From Calcarisporiella thermophila CBS 279.70 (taxonomy: Eukaryota; Fungi; Calcarisporiellomycota), in NCBI RefSeq assembly GCF_041956535.1, contig NW_027192218.1, positions 77,728 through 141,727 of the forward strand: 64,000 nt of DNA, given 5' to 3'. Within the stretch, counting starts at the first letter, position 1. Each line of letters opens with the position of its first letter. The notes below the pieces were generated by a model. That model worked only from the letters and a program-made list of their open reading frames with translations. It ran no database searches and was not told where the DNA came from. The position numbers and the translations under genes are program-made. Positions 51,701 to 64,000 of this stretch are shown piece by piece.

Positions 51701-53048
51701 AGCCAGAGACGGCTCATGTTGTGTTGCTCAATAATCTCCTTATTTTTTGCCGACATGTGACGGCCGCGGAACAAAGTGAAACCGGAAAGAGGTATCGGCT
51801 GATGTATCCTCCTCTCGCGTTCCGCCATCTGAAGTTCTCACAGGGGGAGGATGGTGAGTTTCTCTATCGACATACCCGTTCGCTTTAGCTGCTGTCTCTG
51901 GTGCATTTTCTCTAACGAGTTATACCCCAACTTTAGAATGTGACATTTGCGTGACGGTGATGAATACAGTCCGCATTGTGATGCGGGCCAATTCCCACAC
52001 CTCTCGTGAAGCTTGGTTGCACGAGGCGGGGCAGCTTGGTCTTGTCTCTGACGCGAAGAACGGGCACTCTCCATTTTTACAGCGATCCGAGAGTCAGCGC
52101 TGGACCGACTTACAGCAGCTCAAAGAGCGTACTATTTCAATGGCATCCATATCCAGTATGGGTAGTGTTGTGGAGGTTCTTATACGGACCGGAGAATGCG
52201 ACGTATATCGAAGAAAGCAAGGCGTGTGGCAGGAGCAGATGCGTGGCTGCAGGGCCGAGATTCGAGCAACGACCACGGGGCGCACTCTGCTTGTGGTTCT
52301 CCCGCCTGCTCCACCACAGCAAGCCGCACCTGCCATGACCTTGTTGGCTGCTCCATCTCCACCCGAGGAGGAGCGCCCGATCCTTAGGATATGGATACTG
52401 AGCGGCACAAAGCTGGTGCGCTCACGAACTCCTGGAGAAGAAGCGGTGCTCCTTTTCTGGGAAGTGGGTGGACGTGGTGATGCACGGCTTCTTCGATTTG
52501 ATCGGGATGAAGTGGATCCCTCTATGGCAGAGAAAGAAGTCAGTGAATTATTGAAGGTTTTCGCCGGGGTGAAAGCTGAACTACCGCAGCTGCAAGGAGG
52601 GGAGACGGGAGGATTTGTTTCGCGCTCGACGAGCTTGTCAAGGGATGGAATCGAAGACGAGCCCAAAGAAGAGGGCAGGCCAGTTGTTCCAGTCCCGTCC
52701 ATTGCTATAGAAGATGAAGCACCTCTCCTCAAGAGTCGATGCAAGCTCTACATCCAAGGGCGGGACTCCATGTGGATTAGTCTTGGGCTAGGAGATCTAC
52801 ACATCTTCCCACCACCCTCCTCTATCCCTACTGCGGACGGCAATAGATTATGGGTTCAGATAACCAAGGATGGCGCCTTGACCACTCTTATCAACACCAT
52901 TATCTTGCCCGGCTGGGTGGAACGCTTAGGGCCGAAGCGCGTAAGCGTCATGGTGCAAAACGAGAATATGACATCAACCGTATTCATGATGCAGTTGAAG
53001 GACGATCGGACCGGCAACGAGGTGTTTACAAAGCTGAAAATGAATTGA
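48738..53048 (+). CDS. Large multidomain protein: degenerate DH (RhoGEF)-like + PH + further PH/RanBD-like folds, multi-exon
   Basis: MSSQRVK|SYLPAIETG start. DH-like FLEGERLFLNDLEFL, MEEPYSIYF, LLDRPLGRVKHY. PH-like AHVVLLNNLLIFC..YRLMYPPL..SREAWL. C-terminal RCKLYIQGRDSMWISLGLGDLHI. Confidence 0.65.
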
Positions 53049-53785
53049 AGGAATAGGGGGATTTTATTCATTTATTTATTATTTAAAGAAAATTATATTG
53101 TGTATATTTTTGTTTTATTTAGACTTATATTTTTCTTTCATACCTCTTTCTCCCCTTCGCTCCTATTCTCTTTCTCTCCCCTCTCTTTCTTCGTATTGCT
53201 TATACATTGATCTTAGAGTGGACGAGCTGTTTCCTCACATGGGAAGGTTTTTGCAGTAGAGATTTGTTGGGAGTGAGAGGGCGAAAAATCTGCTTCAGAT
53301 TGGTTAAAAAATACACGCTGCTCTCACCTTTGAACCTTGAATTAGATGATAGATTGGAAAGGTTGATACCCCCTCCATCCTCTAATCCGCGACAATCGAA
53401 GAAGTCCTTATAAAGAGCAAACTCCCCATTAGAAAAAAAGTACTACCAAGTTCTAGAAGGAGGATCAACTCGAGTTTGGCCAAATCTAGGAGGATAAATA
53501 ATTCATGTCCCAATTGTTCAACTAAGAAATATAATAAAAGAAAAATGTCTACAATCTTTTGGTCTAGTTTACGCAGAAAAGGGCAATTAGAAAAAAAAAA
53601 GTGGGGAAAGAAAGAGAAAAAGAAAATAATGAACCATACTCAAAAAACACAGGATATGCAGTGTATAAGGCAAAATATTCAAGGAAAGGAGGAAAGTATT
53701 ATAAAATAGGGCTAGACATTTAAAAAATAGGAAATATTTATATATATAAAAAAAGGCTCTATTTTGCATGGTCAGCTAGGCTTGC

Positions 53786-55266
53786 CTAGAAGCAGTTCCA
53801 CAGCTGGCTATTGGTTAGAATGGACAATTCGCAGGTGAAGTCGCCCTTTGCCTGGAGGTTCTTCTCTTTGAGCTCGGCAGCTCGGACCGCCTCCAGCTTT
53901 TTCAGGGTATCCCAGATCTCAGCGTCCCCATAGACCAGGTATCCGACCTCAAGTACCTTGTAGAGATCGTCGACGGGAAAGCCCTTGATGTTGCGAACAG
54001 GCCAGCCGGCTCCGCCCGACACAGCATAAGGGAGCATGAATCGCATTGCCTGTCGAATGCTCTGGCCCTCGGGCCCGATGTGATTCCACACGTCCACCCC
54101 CACATGCTGCGCCTGTTGCGCCAGGAGGATCAATCCCTGCAGGTTGAAGATCGAGTAAAACCATGAGGTAGGGCGAGCAAGCTCTCCAGGCTGCTCCCCA
54201 TTCGCGCGGATTTCATTGTCGATGCGAAGCACCTTGGACTCCTCAGCGACCTTTTTTGCCTCGTCAAACCGTCCAAGAAAGCGCAGCAGAGCAATGTGCT
54301 GTACGTCATAGTAGGTACCATGGTTGTTATGGGAGGCGTATTCTAACTTGCCTTGGGGCGAATTGCGGAACCACTCGAGGTATTTTGTGAACCATTCAAT
54401 GAGGCCGTTATGGAGGTTCTGAGTATAGTGTGATGAGGTGCGAAGATACTGGACACCGTCAAACATGCTGAAGAAAGCAAGATTAAAACCATGAGCTTGT
54501 AAGCTTGAGCAAGCACAGACTTCCAATGAAACATTGACTGTTTGTTTTCGATCACTCACCGATATACCTGCATCATATCGAGCACACCGGTTCTTCGGCC
54601 GAGTTTCGTTCCCTTTCTAAAACTGGCATAGTTCAGATTGGGATTCATATAGGTCTCTTCTGCCAAGAACCATTCATTCAGTCGCTCGGTCGCTTTCTTT
54701 GCGTACTCCTCGTTCCTCGTCCAGAAATATGCCATGCCAAGGGTTTGTACTTCACGCATCATTTGGCGCAACAGTCGGAAATCCTTCACCTCCTCGACCT
54801 CGGGATTAATGTGGCCATCTCTTCCGATGTAGGGCAAACCTCCGGGCTTGGATTCGTCAGGCCAGAAGTATTTGGCCAAAGAGAGATAATCGTGACGATC
54901 TCCCGAAGGAGCCAGTTGTGGTTTTATAGTCACTGAGTATACTGAGGTGTTTCGCAGAGCTATGTCGGCTGAGTTGACGATCTGACTAACGGCCAGTTTG
55001 CGCTGGGTAAACATGCCCTGGAGGGTTGAGAGCTCAACACTGAGTTGAGGGGCGCTGGAGCGGCTTTCAGAAGCATCTAATTTGCATGGGGGGCAGGCAT
55101 AGGAGACGTCTTCCAGTGGTTGACGGAAGTCTTCGGTGGGTGGGTTGACTGGATACTCCTTTTCAAAGGGATTGAACGAAATGGAGCGATAGTTATGCCA
55201 TATGGTCAAGAAGATAATGAAAAAGAGTAAGATGAGGATTAAATCACGTATTCTTGATGGCCTCAT
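53786..55266 (-). CDS. Alginate_lyase-fold polysaccharide lyase (PL38-like), N-terminal membrane anchor, 2 exons (intron 54468-54559)
   Basis: SGDRHDYLSLAKYFWPDESKPGGLPYIGRDGHINPE, TYMNPNLNYA, NNHGTYYD, GEQPGELARPTSWFYSIFNL. Confidence 0.85.
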
Positions 55267-55660
55267 ATTAAGTAGTGGGATATTCCGGACGAGAGTGCGA
55301 GAATTGAGAGTCCAAGACGAAAAGGAGGACAAGAACGGTAAGCTGGAAAAAAAAAAATAACTGTAAACTGGCATGTATAAAAATATTACCGAATCGAATT
55401 CGACACAAGCTAAGGCGGATTGTGCGACGTCAAAAATAATTGACGATAAGATCGTATATTTTTTAAATACAAGAATAGAGAAAAATGTGAGAAAAATGTG
55501 ATCAAAGGGGGGAAGAAAAAGGGGGAGAGAAAATGAACATAACACACTCAACACAACATTTGGCCAGCAACAACAAACAAAAAATTATAACACAATGGTA
55601 AGGTAATAGTATTAATCATGGTGTAATATAGAAGGCATAAATAAACAATCCTCTTTATCG

Positions 55661-55942
55661 TCATTTCTTTTTATACAGGACGCTGATCATTCGCTTGATT
55701 CTGGTCGCCTTCCGCCTTTTCTCCTGCTGTTGGAGTAGATCGGAAAACACCGGAAAGGGATCTACGCCATGCCCCCCCGGACCCAACCGCACCCCGCTGC
55801 TCCCACCATTGGCCTTTGCCTCCATCGCATTGTCTAGAACCTTCTGAAGCTCTTCCTCCAGATCTTGCAATCGTGATGAGAGTGGGTCATTGTTATTGGG
55901 ATCCTCTCCCGTTGTTACGGGCTCAAGGCATTTCGAAGACAT
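55661..55942 (-). CDS. Small hypothetical protein (93 aa)
   Basis: GC-elevated ORF in AT-rich flanks, A-rich start context, short coiled coil and basic C-terminus. Confidence 0.45.
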   Translation of the reverse strand: MSSKCLEPVTTGEDPNNNDPLSSRLQDLEEELQKVLDNAMEAKANGGSSGVRLGPGGHGVDPFPVFSDLLQQQEKRRKATRIKRMISVLYKKK

Positions 55943-56666
55943 ATTTTAATTTTAATATCTCTCTAAGCAGCTTGGGGAAAAAAGCTTCAGCATTTTCCAG
56001 GATTCATGTCACCTCAGTACAACGCTAAGCTAATCACTGCTTACCTGTGCAGAGCACCGATGTTACTACGGCTAGTAAATCCTTAGATTAAAACTATTTT
56101 TAACAAACAAAGAGCGATAGCTAATAAAAGGGAATGGATGGGATTTCCACACAATGTGGACGAGTAGAGATTATGATAAGGAGCTCTAGATGAAAGAATT
56201 TGGACAAAATCTCATCTCCCCAAACGCGTTTCATTTTTTTTTTTCATCTCCATTATCAAGCCACCACTCAATTTCAGCAGAGAAATTGCAATTTGTATTT
56301 TTCTGCTATCGCGCTTACTTTACAATCTACTTTAAATCCATCTATTAAGTGGCCCGTAGTTAATACAACAAGAATACTCACCGCTCTCTTCCAATTTCTA
56401 ATACTTCTTCTTACTATATATTTCCATTAGCTCGGTCCCACGTAAATCTGTTTGCACACTTAGAATTGATTCATTAACTTCTCATTGCCACATCGCTTGC
56501 ACTGCTCAACTATCATTCGATCGGGTGATTCGACTGGTGCTCGCTTACTTTTTCTGGGAGATACACACCTTTATTGAGCTTTTTCTTTCTCCGGCTTCTT
56601 TTTTTCGTAATTGCGCTCACGCACTAGAACGCAACAGCCTTCAGTTTATCCATCTTTAGTCTTGTC

Positions 56667-57561
56667 ATGATTTGTCAGGCTGAGGAAAATAACAGTATCG
56701 CTTTGATGGCCTCTAAAGATTTTGACCGTAGGCGTTTTCACTTTTTGAATAGTTTCATGAGTAAAGACCTTATTTCTTGCTTTTTTTCCTATGTAGAATC
56801 ACAAACGTATACCAAGGACTCTTTCCTTAAGCTTGCCGATGATACAACCAAATCTAGCAACGCAGATACCTCTACACTGCACGATCCCATGGCAGTCAAG
56901 CAGCAACGCAATGAACCAGCCGCTTTGAGGCGAAGTATCGCGTTCTCTGAGGAGGAGAATACTCGGCAATCGTCTGCAGGATCGGTATGTTACTCCATTC
57001 TATTTTATGGAAATCCATTCTCATATATTCTCAATATTTTACTTTCTAGGACAATGCCATAAAAGAAGAAGGTACCTTGGTTGATTCCGATCACGTATAT
57101 GCTCAATCTTATATTTGTTCCTCTTAATAGAAAATGGGATTTGTATTCGTGATTTTGCCTTCCACACTTCTGATCCGCGACACTGGGGCGAACCCGCAAT
57201 TGAGGAAGAGGAGGAGACTGAACCGACCCGCGTGTCTCTGGTTTCTGAAGACTCGTTTTGTGGACAATACGCCCGTGCATTATATGATTTCGAGGCGGAG
57301 TTCCCTCAAGTTAGTGCCTCTTGTCCCTCGTTCTCCCTCCCCCTTAGTCATTCAAATTAACACGATTATTTTGTGTTCTTGTTTCAGGAGCTAGGCTTTT
57401 GTGCAGGCGATATCCTCTTCATCCAGTATCGTCAGGGTGAAGGATGGTTTGTTGCTGACCACTGCGATTCCGGTGAAACTGGTCTGGTACCGGAAAATTA
57501 TGTAGATTTACTGGGCGAAGACTATGAATATAACGATGGAGGAACAGAGCAGGAGAAATAG
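56667..57561 (+). CDS. NBP2: SH3 adaptor Nbp2/Skb5-like, multi-exon
   Basis: IRDFAFHTSDPRHWG motif, then SH3 ARALYDFEAEFPQ|ELGFCAGDILFIQYRQGEGWFVA..GETGLVPENYV. Confidence 0.75.
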
Positions 57562-58109
57562 TAGAGGATGCAATTCTTTGTTTATTGCCTTTAGTGTTTT
57601 AATCTGGACTTTTTTTTTCCTTCGGATACTTTGCTGTTAGTGTGTATGTGTTGTATAATGTGGAATAGGGTTTTTTCTTGCAAATTGCCTTTTCCTCTTT
57701 TATTCTACTTTTTAATAACTCTTTTTTTTCTTTTTACGGCTTTCTTACTTTTGCTTTAATTTCCCTTCTTAAGGTATATGTTCGCTCTTTTTCTTTGATG
57801 AAGAAGCTTTATCTAAGGTCTCTAATATTAGGACTTTTGTGCCATGATGAAAAACACTCATATCCTGAGGAGATGGTCCCTTTGCTAGCTCCCTAGAGCC
57901 AGCTTAAACCCCCATCCAAGGTGCACTAGTGACTAAGTGGGATTTGAAGAAATCCGGCCGAAATTTCATAAGCGAATTAAATTCACCTCGGATTCATGTG
58001 AAAGTCTGACCGATTGGCTATTTCATGTGCGTCGGCTATATAACTGACTACGAAATCACATTTTTAATTACTTTTTGCTTTATTTTATGTTACCATAAAG
58101 CTCTTCTCC

Positions 58110-59379
58110 ATGGCCTATGACAATCTTGAAGCTGTCTCCGCATCATTTGCTTCGGAGGGTGTCTTGCATGTCCAGTTGAACCGCCCCAAGAAGCTCAACG
58201 CATTTAATAAGCAGTACGTCATCCCCTAACTATTCGCATCTTTCCCTACCCAATTCTAACAGAGTCGCTATTTGTTTCGCATTTGCCAATATTGTTCGGT
58301 GTAGACTCCGCGAAGAATTGCACACTGTCTTCAAACGCGTTAAATTCGATCCAGAGGTACGTGCTGTGGTTTTATCCGGAAATGGAAAATTGTTTACCGC
58401 GGGACTCGATCGTAAGCATTCATAATTTATTTGCCTCTCTCCTGATTCTTTGAACTTCAGTCCCCTCTTGTTAGTCACCACGGCAGGTGATTTGTTCGAA
58501 GACGCGGATGATCCTGCGCGTCAAGGACACAAAATTCGCATTAATACGCTTGAAGTAAGAAGCTTAATTTCGCCAATATTTCACTAATGTTACTTATACT
58601 CACTTGTATCAGCCCTTCCAAGATGAAATCTCTTCCGTTGAACGCTGTGAACGTCCCGTCATTGCCGTAGTTCATAATGGGTGTCTAGGCGCCGGGGTGG
58701 ATTTAATCACCGCTTGCGATATTCGCTACTGTACTCAGGATGCGTATTTTTCCGTTAAAGAAGTCGATATAGGCATGGCTGCCGATGTGGGGACTTTGCA
58801 GCGGTTACCCAAGATAGTAGGGAACGATAGTTTGGTACGAGAGATGTGCTATACCGGAAGAAAGTGAGTACGGGTTGCTACGTACTGGGCAGACGACTTT
58901 TTTAATAAGGAACTTCAAGGTTAACCCATGCTTGCTACCGTTTGCATTTCCCAGCGTGTATGCCGAAGAAGCGCTTAAGTTTGGTCTTGTGAGCAAAGTT
59001 TTGCCAACGCGAGAGGACGCACTAGGTAAGCACGATTTATTCCACGTTCATGCATGCTAATCATGATGATAATGCACTTTGATAACAACTTCAGCCGAAG
59101 CCTTAAAGACCGCGAAACTTATTGCCGAGAAGTCCCCCGTTGCAGTGCTTGGAACAAAGTCAGTAGTTTTTTTTACGTGTCCCTATAATTCGGCTGTCTA
59201 TAACCTAGTCATATTATTACCATAGAGTGGCGCTTATTCATGCCCGTGATCACTCTGTCCCAGACTCGCTGGCTTTTATGGCTACATGGAATCAAGGGAT
59301 GTTGAATACAAACGATCTCGGGCTCGCTGCGCAAGCCTCGTTAACGAAACAGAAAGCTCCCAAATTTGCAAAACTCTAG
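58110..59379 (+). CDS. Delta(3,5)-Delta(2,4)-dienoyl-CoA isomerase (ECH1-like), peroxisomal, multi-exon
   Basis: VQLNRPKKLNAF, FTAGLD, GAGVDLITACDIRYC, FSVKEVDIGMAADVGTLQRLPKIVG; ends PKFAKL (PTS1). Confidence 0.92.
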
Positions 59380-60141
59380 GGTTTGCCTTGACACTGGCTG
59401 TATTTCTTGGTAGTACATCTTTTATTTTAATAACTCTTGTGGGTTAGTCTATCACGCAATCATGTATTGAATTATGTATTTCGGTAAAAAAATATAACAT
59501 CTTTGCCCTTATTTTTACAATGATAAAACCTTGCTTATCACCCCGTAAAAGTCTTCAGTGGAGGCCAACTCACGGCGAGCCAATTATGTATAAAGGAAGA
59601 TGCATCTGAATATACGTGGAGTGTGACAAGCTTTCTAGTGGGAATTCTAAGCGACGACTGCAGTCAGTCTTTATCCTCTTTTATAACAATATTGATATCT
59701 CTAAGACACCACTTCGATATTGCGAAACTTGTTAATAAAATGATTTCTTGCACTTGTTTGGATTTTGAAGCTGTAAAAACTATTGGATACCAGAGGCATG
59801 GCTCAAGTAGGCTATCGTTTTGGCTCTACCATGGCCGAGAGCCCTTATCACGGTGATGTCCTCGTCATTTTGGTTAATGTGAAGCTTAACTGCAGCCTCC
59901 GTAGACTTTCAGTTGATTGGTGGTTGCAATAACATCAAAAGAGAGTTTCTCGGGGTTGGGCGCAGTAGCTGAGTCGAAAAATCGGGATAGAACTCCACCT
60001 TCAGATCCAAGATCGGCTTAGCCGCCAGCCGGCTCTGGGCAAGCCACATGATATAATCGAGGGAAATAGACGTGCGAAAATGGTATAAATATGAACGTGT
60101 TCATTTCGGCTTGTCGTAGTAACTGCCGTTCATTCTTCAAA

Positions 60142-62038
60142 ATGACTAGCGCAAACCAAGCTCAAGCTGCTTCCACTTTTGCAACCGCTTCGCTGCGGGA
60201 GAAATATAATGAGCTGGCCGAGGTTTTGAAAGAGATTTCGTATCTCAATGGGGCTGCGGGAGTGCTAGAATGGGACCAGAATGTTATGATGCCTCCGGGA
60301 GCTTCAGCCGTCAGAGCAAAGCAGGTATCTATATTGTGCACTTTTTTTGATGCTCGCTATGTTGCTTTGCTAATATGCTGTGTGAGGAAAACAGATGTCG
60401 GCCTTATCCGGCTTGATACACGAAAAGTCGACATCAAAAACCCTAGGCAGCATTTTGAATGAACTGAACACTCGCATTCCAAAGGAAAAACATGACTTTA
60501 ATGAATATGAATTGGCAAATATCCGGATTGCAGAGCACGACTATAGCAAGGTGACTCGGGTTCCTAGCGAATTGGTGAAAGCCAAAGCTGAGTTACAGGG
60601 GAAAGGATATGATGTATGGGTGAATGCTCGAGAGAAGAGCGACTGGAAAATTTTCGAACCCATCATGGAGGAATGGGTTCGCATCTGCAAAGAGTACGCA
60701 AAATGCATTAATCCAGATATATCTCCATACGACGTAGGCTGAGCAATATTTGCTTTTTCTGGAAAACTATCTCACACATATATGGTCGCTCCACCGTAGG
60801 TTCACTTGGACGATTATGAGCGAGGGCTGACCTCCGAGAGGCTAGATGAGCTCTTCTCCGATTTGAAACGTGATCTTATCCCCCTTATTCATCGTATTAA
60901 ATCGAGCGAGAATCAACCGGATGCGTCATTCTTGAAGGGAACATTCAGTGTAGAAAAACAGGCGGCTTTCAGTCATGCCATCGCTAAGCAGCTCGGATTT
61001 AATACGGTAAAGTGCTTTTTCTGCTGCCCTTATCCTGCCACTGGCATTGAATTCATGTAATCTTTAGGACGTTGGCAGGCTGGATGTGTCTGTCCATCCC
61101 TTCACGCAAAGTTCTCATCCGACCGACGTCCGTATGACGACTAGATATATTGAAACCAAGCCTATGGAGGGTATCACCGGAACCATCCATGAAACCGGAC
61201 ATTCTCTCTACGAACAGGGCAGAAATATCGAATATGCTGATTTGCCTGTATCGCAGGCACTATCTTTTGGTATCCATGAGAGCCAGTCCTTACTATGGGA
61301 GCGGGTATATATGCAAATTAAGGTGAATCTACAGTTTCCATCACTAACAGCAGGTTCCCAATGTGTTTGTAGATGGTGGGACTTAGCCGGCCATTCTGGC
61401 AATACTTCCTGCCCAAGCTGCAAAGTCAATTCCCAGACAACATCACTGACTCAATCACTACCGAACAGTTTTACAGGGCCATTAACATTTCCGAGCCCGG
61501 CTTTATTCGCGTTGGTTCTGATGAAGTAACCTATCCAATGCATATTATCCTACGCTACGAAATTGAGCGTGATCTTCTCAATTCGAAGATGGAGGTGAAA
61601 GACGTGCCCAAGGTCTGGAACGCGAAAATGAAGGAGTACTTGGGACTCGATGTGCCGAATAATAAGGTTGGAGTCCTCCAAGACATGCACTGGGCAGCCA
61701 GCCTCTGGGGCTATTTCCCAACCTATGTGCTTGGCTCCATTTATGCTGTGCAATTTTGGCAAACGATCAAGCAGGTAAGGAGTAATTCTCTATGCATATC
61801 AAAGATAAAATGGTCTAATTAAAGATGGTCTCCACAGGCCTTGCCAACCCTAGATCAGGACATCGCACAAGGCAATTTCGCCCCTCTTCGACTCTGGTTG
61901 AACGAGAACATCCACCGAGTCGGCTCGGTTTATCGAAGTGGCGATGAGCTTGTCAAGCATGTCACTGGCTCCCCACTGGATGCTCGAATTTTTACCCGAT
62001 ATGTCACAGAGAAATACACTGATATTTATAAATTGTAA
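60142..62038 (+). CDS. M32 family metallocarboxypeptidase (carboxypeptidase Taq-like), 6 exons
   Basis: WDQNVMMP, GRLDVSVHPF, DVRMTTRY, HETGH (HEXXH), HESQS, IRVGSDEVTYPMH, GVLQDMHW, GYFPTY. Confidence 0.93.
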
Positions 62039-62563
62039 CCAAGTCGAAGTATAGATCCGATTTGTTGAAGAAATAAATGTTAACAAAATGATACGAGAAG
62101 CTGACCCATGCAATTTCGAAATTTTTCCTCTATCTCAATGAAGGCAAGTTCCGAAGTAGAAATGAGAGCCGAGGGGACTAGCAATTCTTGAGGCTATCGG
62201 AAACAGGTAGTTATGTGTATTCAATCAACATCGGAAATGAGAGCACTCAAAAGAAAGAGCTGCTGGGATTCAACTGCTCCGGTTTATTGCATAAATTTCA
62301 TTTTTCAACAAGGTTGTTTGTTGGTATATATCTTTTCTCTCATGGGAGGCAATCTACATTTGTGCTACTTAACCAGGTTTACTCTATTGCCCAACCGAAG
62401 CTATGAGCAGTCCATTCTGGTAGATCTGAAGAACTCTCATATGATTAGCTTTATTGAATTCCCATATAATCCTCAAAACAAATATTCAATACTCAAGTGT
62501 TACTGGAGCACAACACCTCCAGTACACAGCCTTACTGCAGTCTTAGGGCGACCGAACAAATAC

Positions 62564-64000
62564 TCACAAGGAAGGATTAGACACGAAAACCCCGTGGAAA
62601 TTATGGGGCGCGATTTTTCCTTCAGGCATTTCAGCCCTTGCTATTTCTTTAAGCGAGCGGGCATCCAACACCAGAAGAAAACCGGTCGCACGGTGTCCAT
62701 CCAGCACAACACTAAGTAACACGCCATCGTCTTCCTCAGTTGCATTTGGAGAGGGTACAAATACGGGCTCCGAAGGAGTACACCTCTCCTCCTCCCAGTA
62801 TGAAAGCCCACTGCCGTCCTTTCTTTTGATCGCGTCAAGGTCTACTTTAATGATGCGATCGTACAATAGAGTATCATGCAATCCAGAACGGCTGACACCG
62901 TAGACGTAGCGGTAGCTTTTTTGCCAGCGCTTAGGATGGATGCCTGGGAGTTCAAAGTTGGCCTCCGGGACCTCGAAATCGATCTCCGCCCTGGAAAGGT
63001 CGTTTGGCTTGTTCGAGGTTGGGCGGCCTGCACGTTTCAAGCGATATCGACGGAAGATCGCTTGTTGTGGTACTTTGCCAGAAGGGTTGCGCAAGTTTTC
63101 TATGTAATAGTCGCCGATGACCGTGTGATCCTAGTTGGATAATGGGAGGATTTTAAGCGATTAAGGGAGGCTTCTCTTCCAAAGTTTGAAGAGCCAAAGA
63201 GGTACCTTGTAACAAGCGATATCAAGCACAATATCCTCCCCTTCATCGAAGGCATTTATCGTATGGAATGCATAGTACGGGTCCGTTTCAAATGTGGAAA
63301 CATGCTTGCCAAGCTTGCGATCCACCACGTAGAAGATCGCCTTCTTGCTGGGATCGAAAGGCTGGAACGAATCCCAAGCGTTACCATTCCACAACACGCT
63401 TACGCCCCAAGCTGCAAAATCGCACTGCCATTGCGTCATGATCACATACCGCTTGGTCAAGGAAAAGCTGTGCATATAGGTCGCTCGCGGGGAGGAGATT
63501 TCGGCCAGAATATCAAGGTCTGGCAGCCGATTTGTCCCCGCACGCGCTGGTCTAATCCGCACGAATTTGTAGACCGCGGTGGGCCCGAAGGTCAAAAGAA
63601 TGGTGAAGTACTCGCCGGTGTCCGGATCTATCTGCGGGTGTGCGGGTGCCAGATTGGCGCTGGTTAGCGAGTCATCTATATCGCCGTAGGTGAATAGACG
63701 GATCGGCTCCAGCGTGACGGGGTCCAGTTCCTGCAAAACATTGCCATCGGTAGTGGTAATCAAATTTCGTAGCGGTTTCTCCGCAGCCAGTTTACTGTCG
63801 GCGAAACCTGGGAAGTTTGGAGTAGGGATCACAGCTACGTTTACATCGGTAGCACTAGTGCTAGGTTCAACCCCAAGTGTTAACGTTTTAAACGTGGTGA
63901 AAAACTTGTTGAAGATGGTCTTGCAGGGATCACGCTGACAGAAAGTCACTCCGGTGATAGCCTCGGCTTTTTTGTATCTTTGAGCGAGGCCGTTAGAGGT
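62564..64000 (-). CDS. Carotenoid cleavage oxygenase (RPE65 family), 3' part; 5' end beyond window
   Basis: Four Fe-binding His contexts (APAHPQ, YMHSF, AFHTIN, NFHG), ELDPVTLEP, PSEPVFVPSPNATEEDDGVLLSVVLD; one intron after ACYK. Confidence 0.92.

Noticed and set aside
4511-57561. Apparent enrichment of signalling genes (STE50, noxR, RLM1, NBP2) and peroxisomal genes as a functional cluster
   Set aside because: They are widely spaced and interleaved with unrelated housekeeping genes; there is no evidence of clustering without synteny data.
59950-60045. GC-rich stretch that might be a structured RNA
   Set aside because: No tRNA cloverleaf, A/B boxes or recognisable ncRNA consensus.

Overview
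Gene-dense, intron-rich eukaryotic DNA with short GT-AG introns (mostly about 55-110 nt) and CTAA[CT]-type branch points. It most likely comes from an early-diverging fungus (Mucoromycota/Zoopagomycota-like; inferred from gene content). I reconstructed about 28 protein-coding genes by manual splicing. Recognisable genes: AA11-type LPMO, STE50, Nrd1/Seb1-like, Nudix CoA pyrophosphatase, IMP1, IES6, HRD3/SEL1, PHAF1/UPF0183, coronin, NoxR, PEX5, CBF5, eIF5, MEF2/RLM1, MDM34, tandem-PAS protein, Hsp20, DH-PH multidomain protein, PL38-like lyase, NBP2, dienoyl-CoA isomerase, M32 carboxypeptidase and a partial carotenoid cleavage oxygenase. There are also several orphan genes. No tRNA, rRNA, CRISPR array or intact mobile element was recognised. 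The most notable locus is eIF5. It has a poor-context uORF overlapping the main AUG, and its first intron apparently needs a non-canonical GA-AG donor and carries an in-frame stop if retained. Other highlights are an intron-containing prokaryote-type M32 peptidase, a polycationic LPMO with a variant copper-site residue, and a membrane-anchored PL38-like lyase. Family calls are from motif recognition only; no database searches were run.
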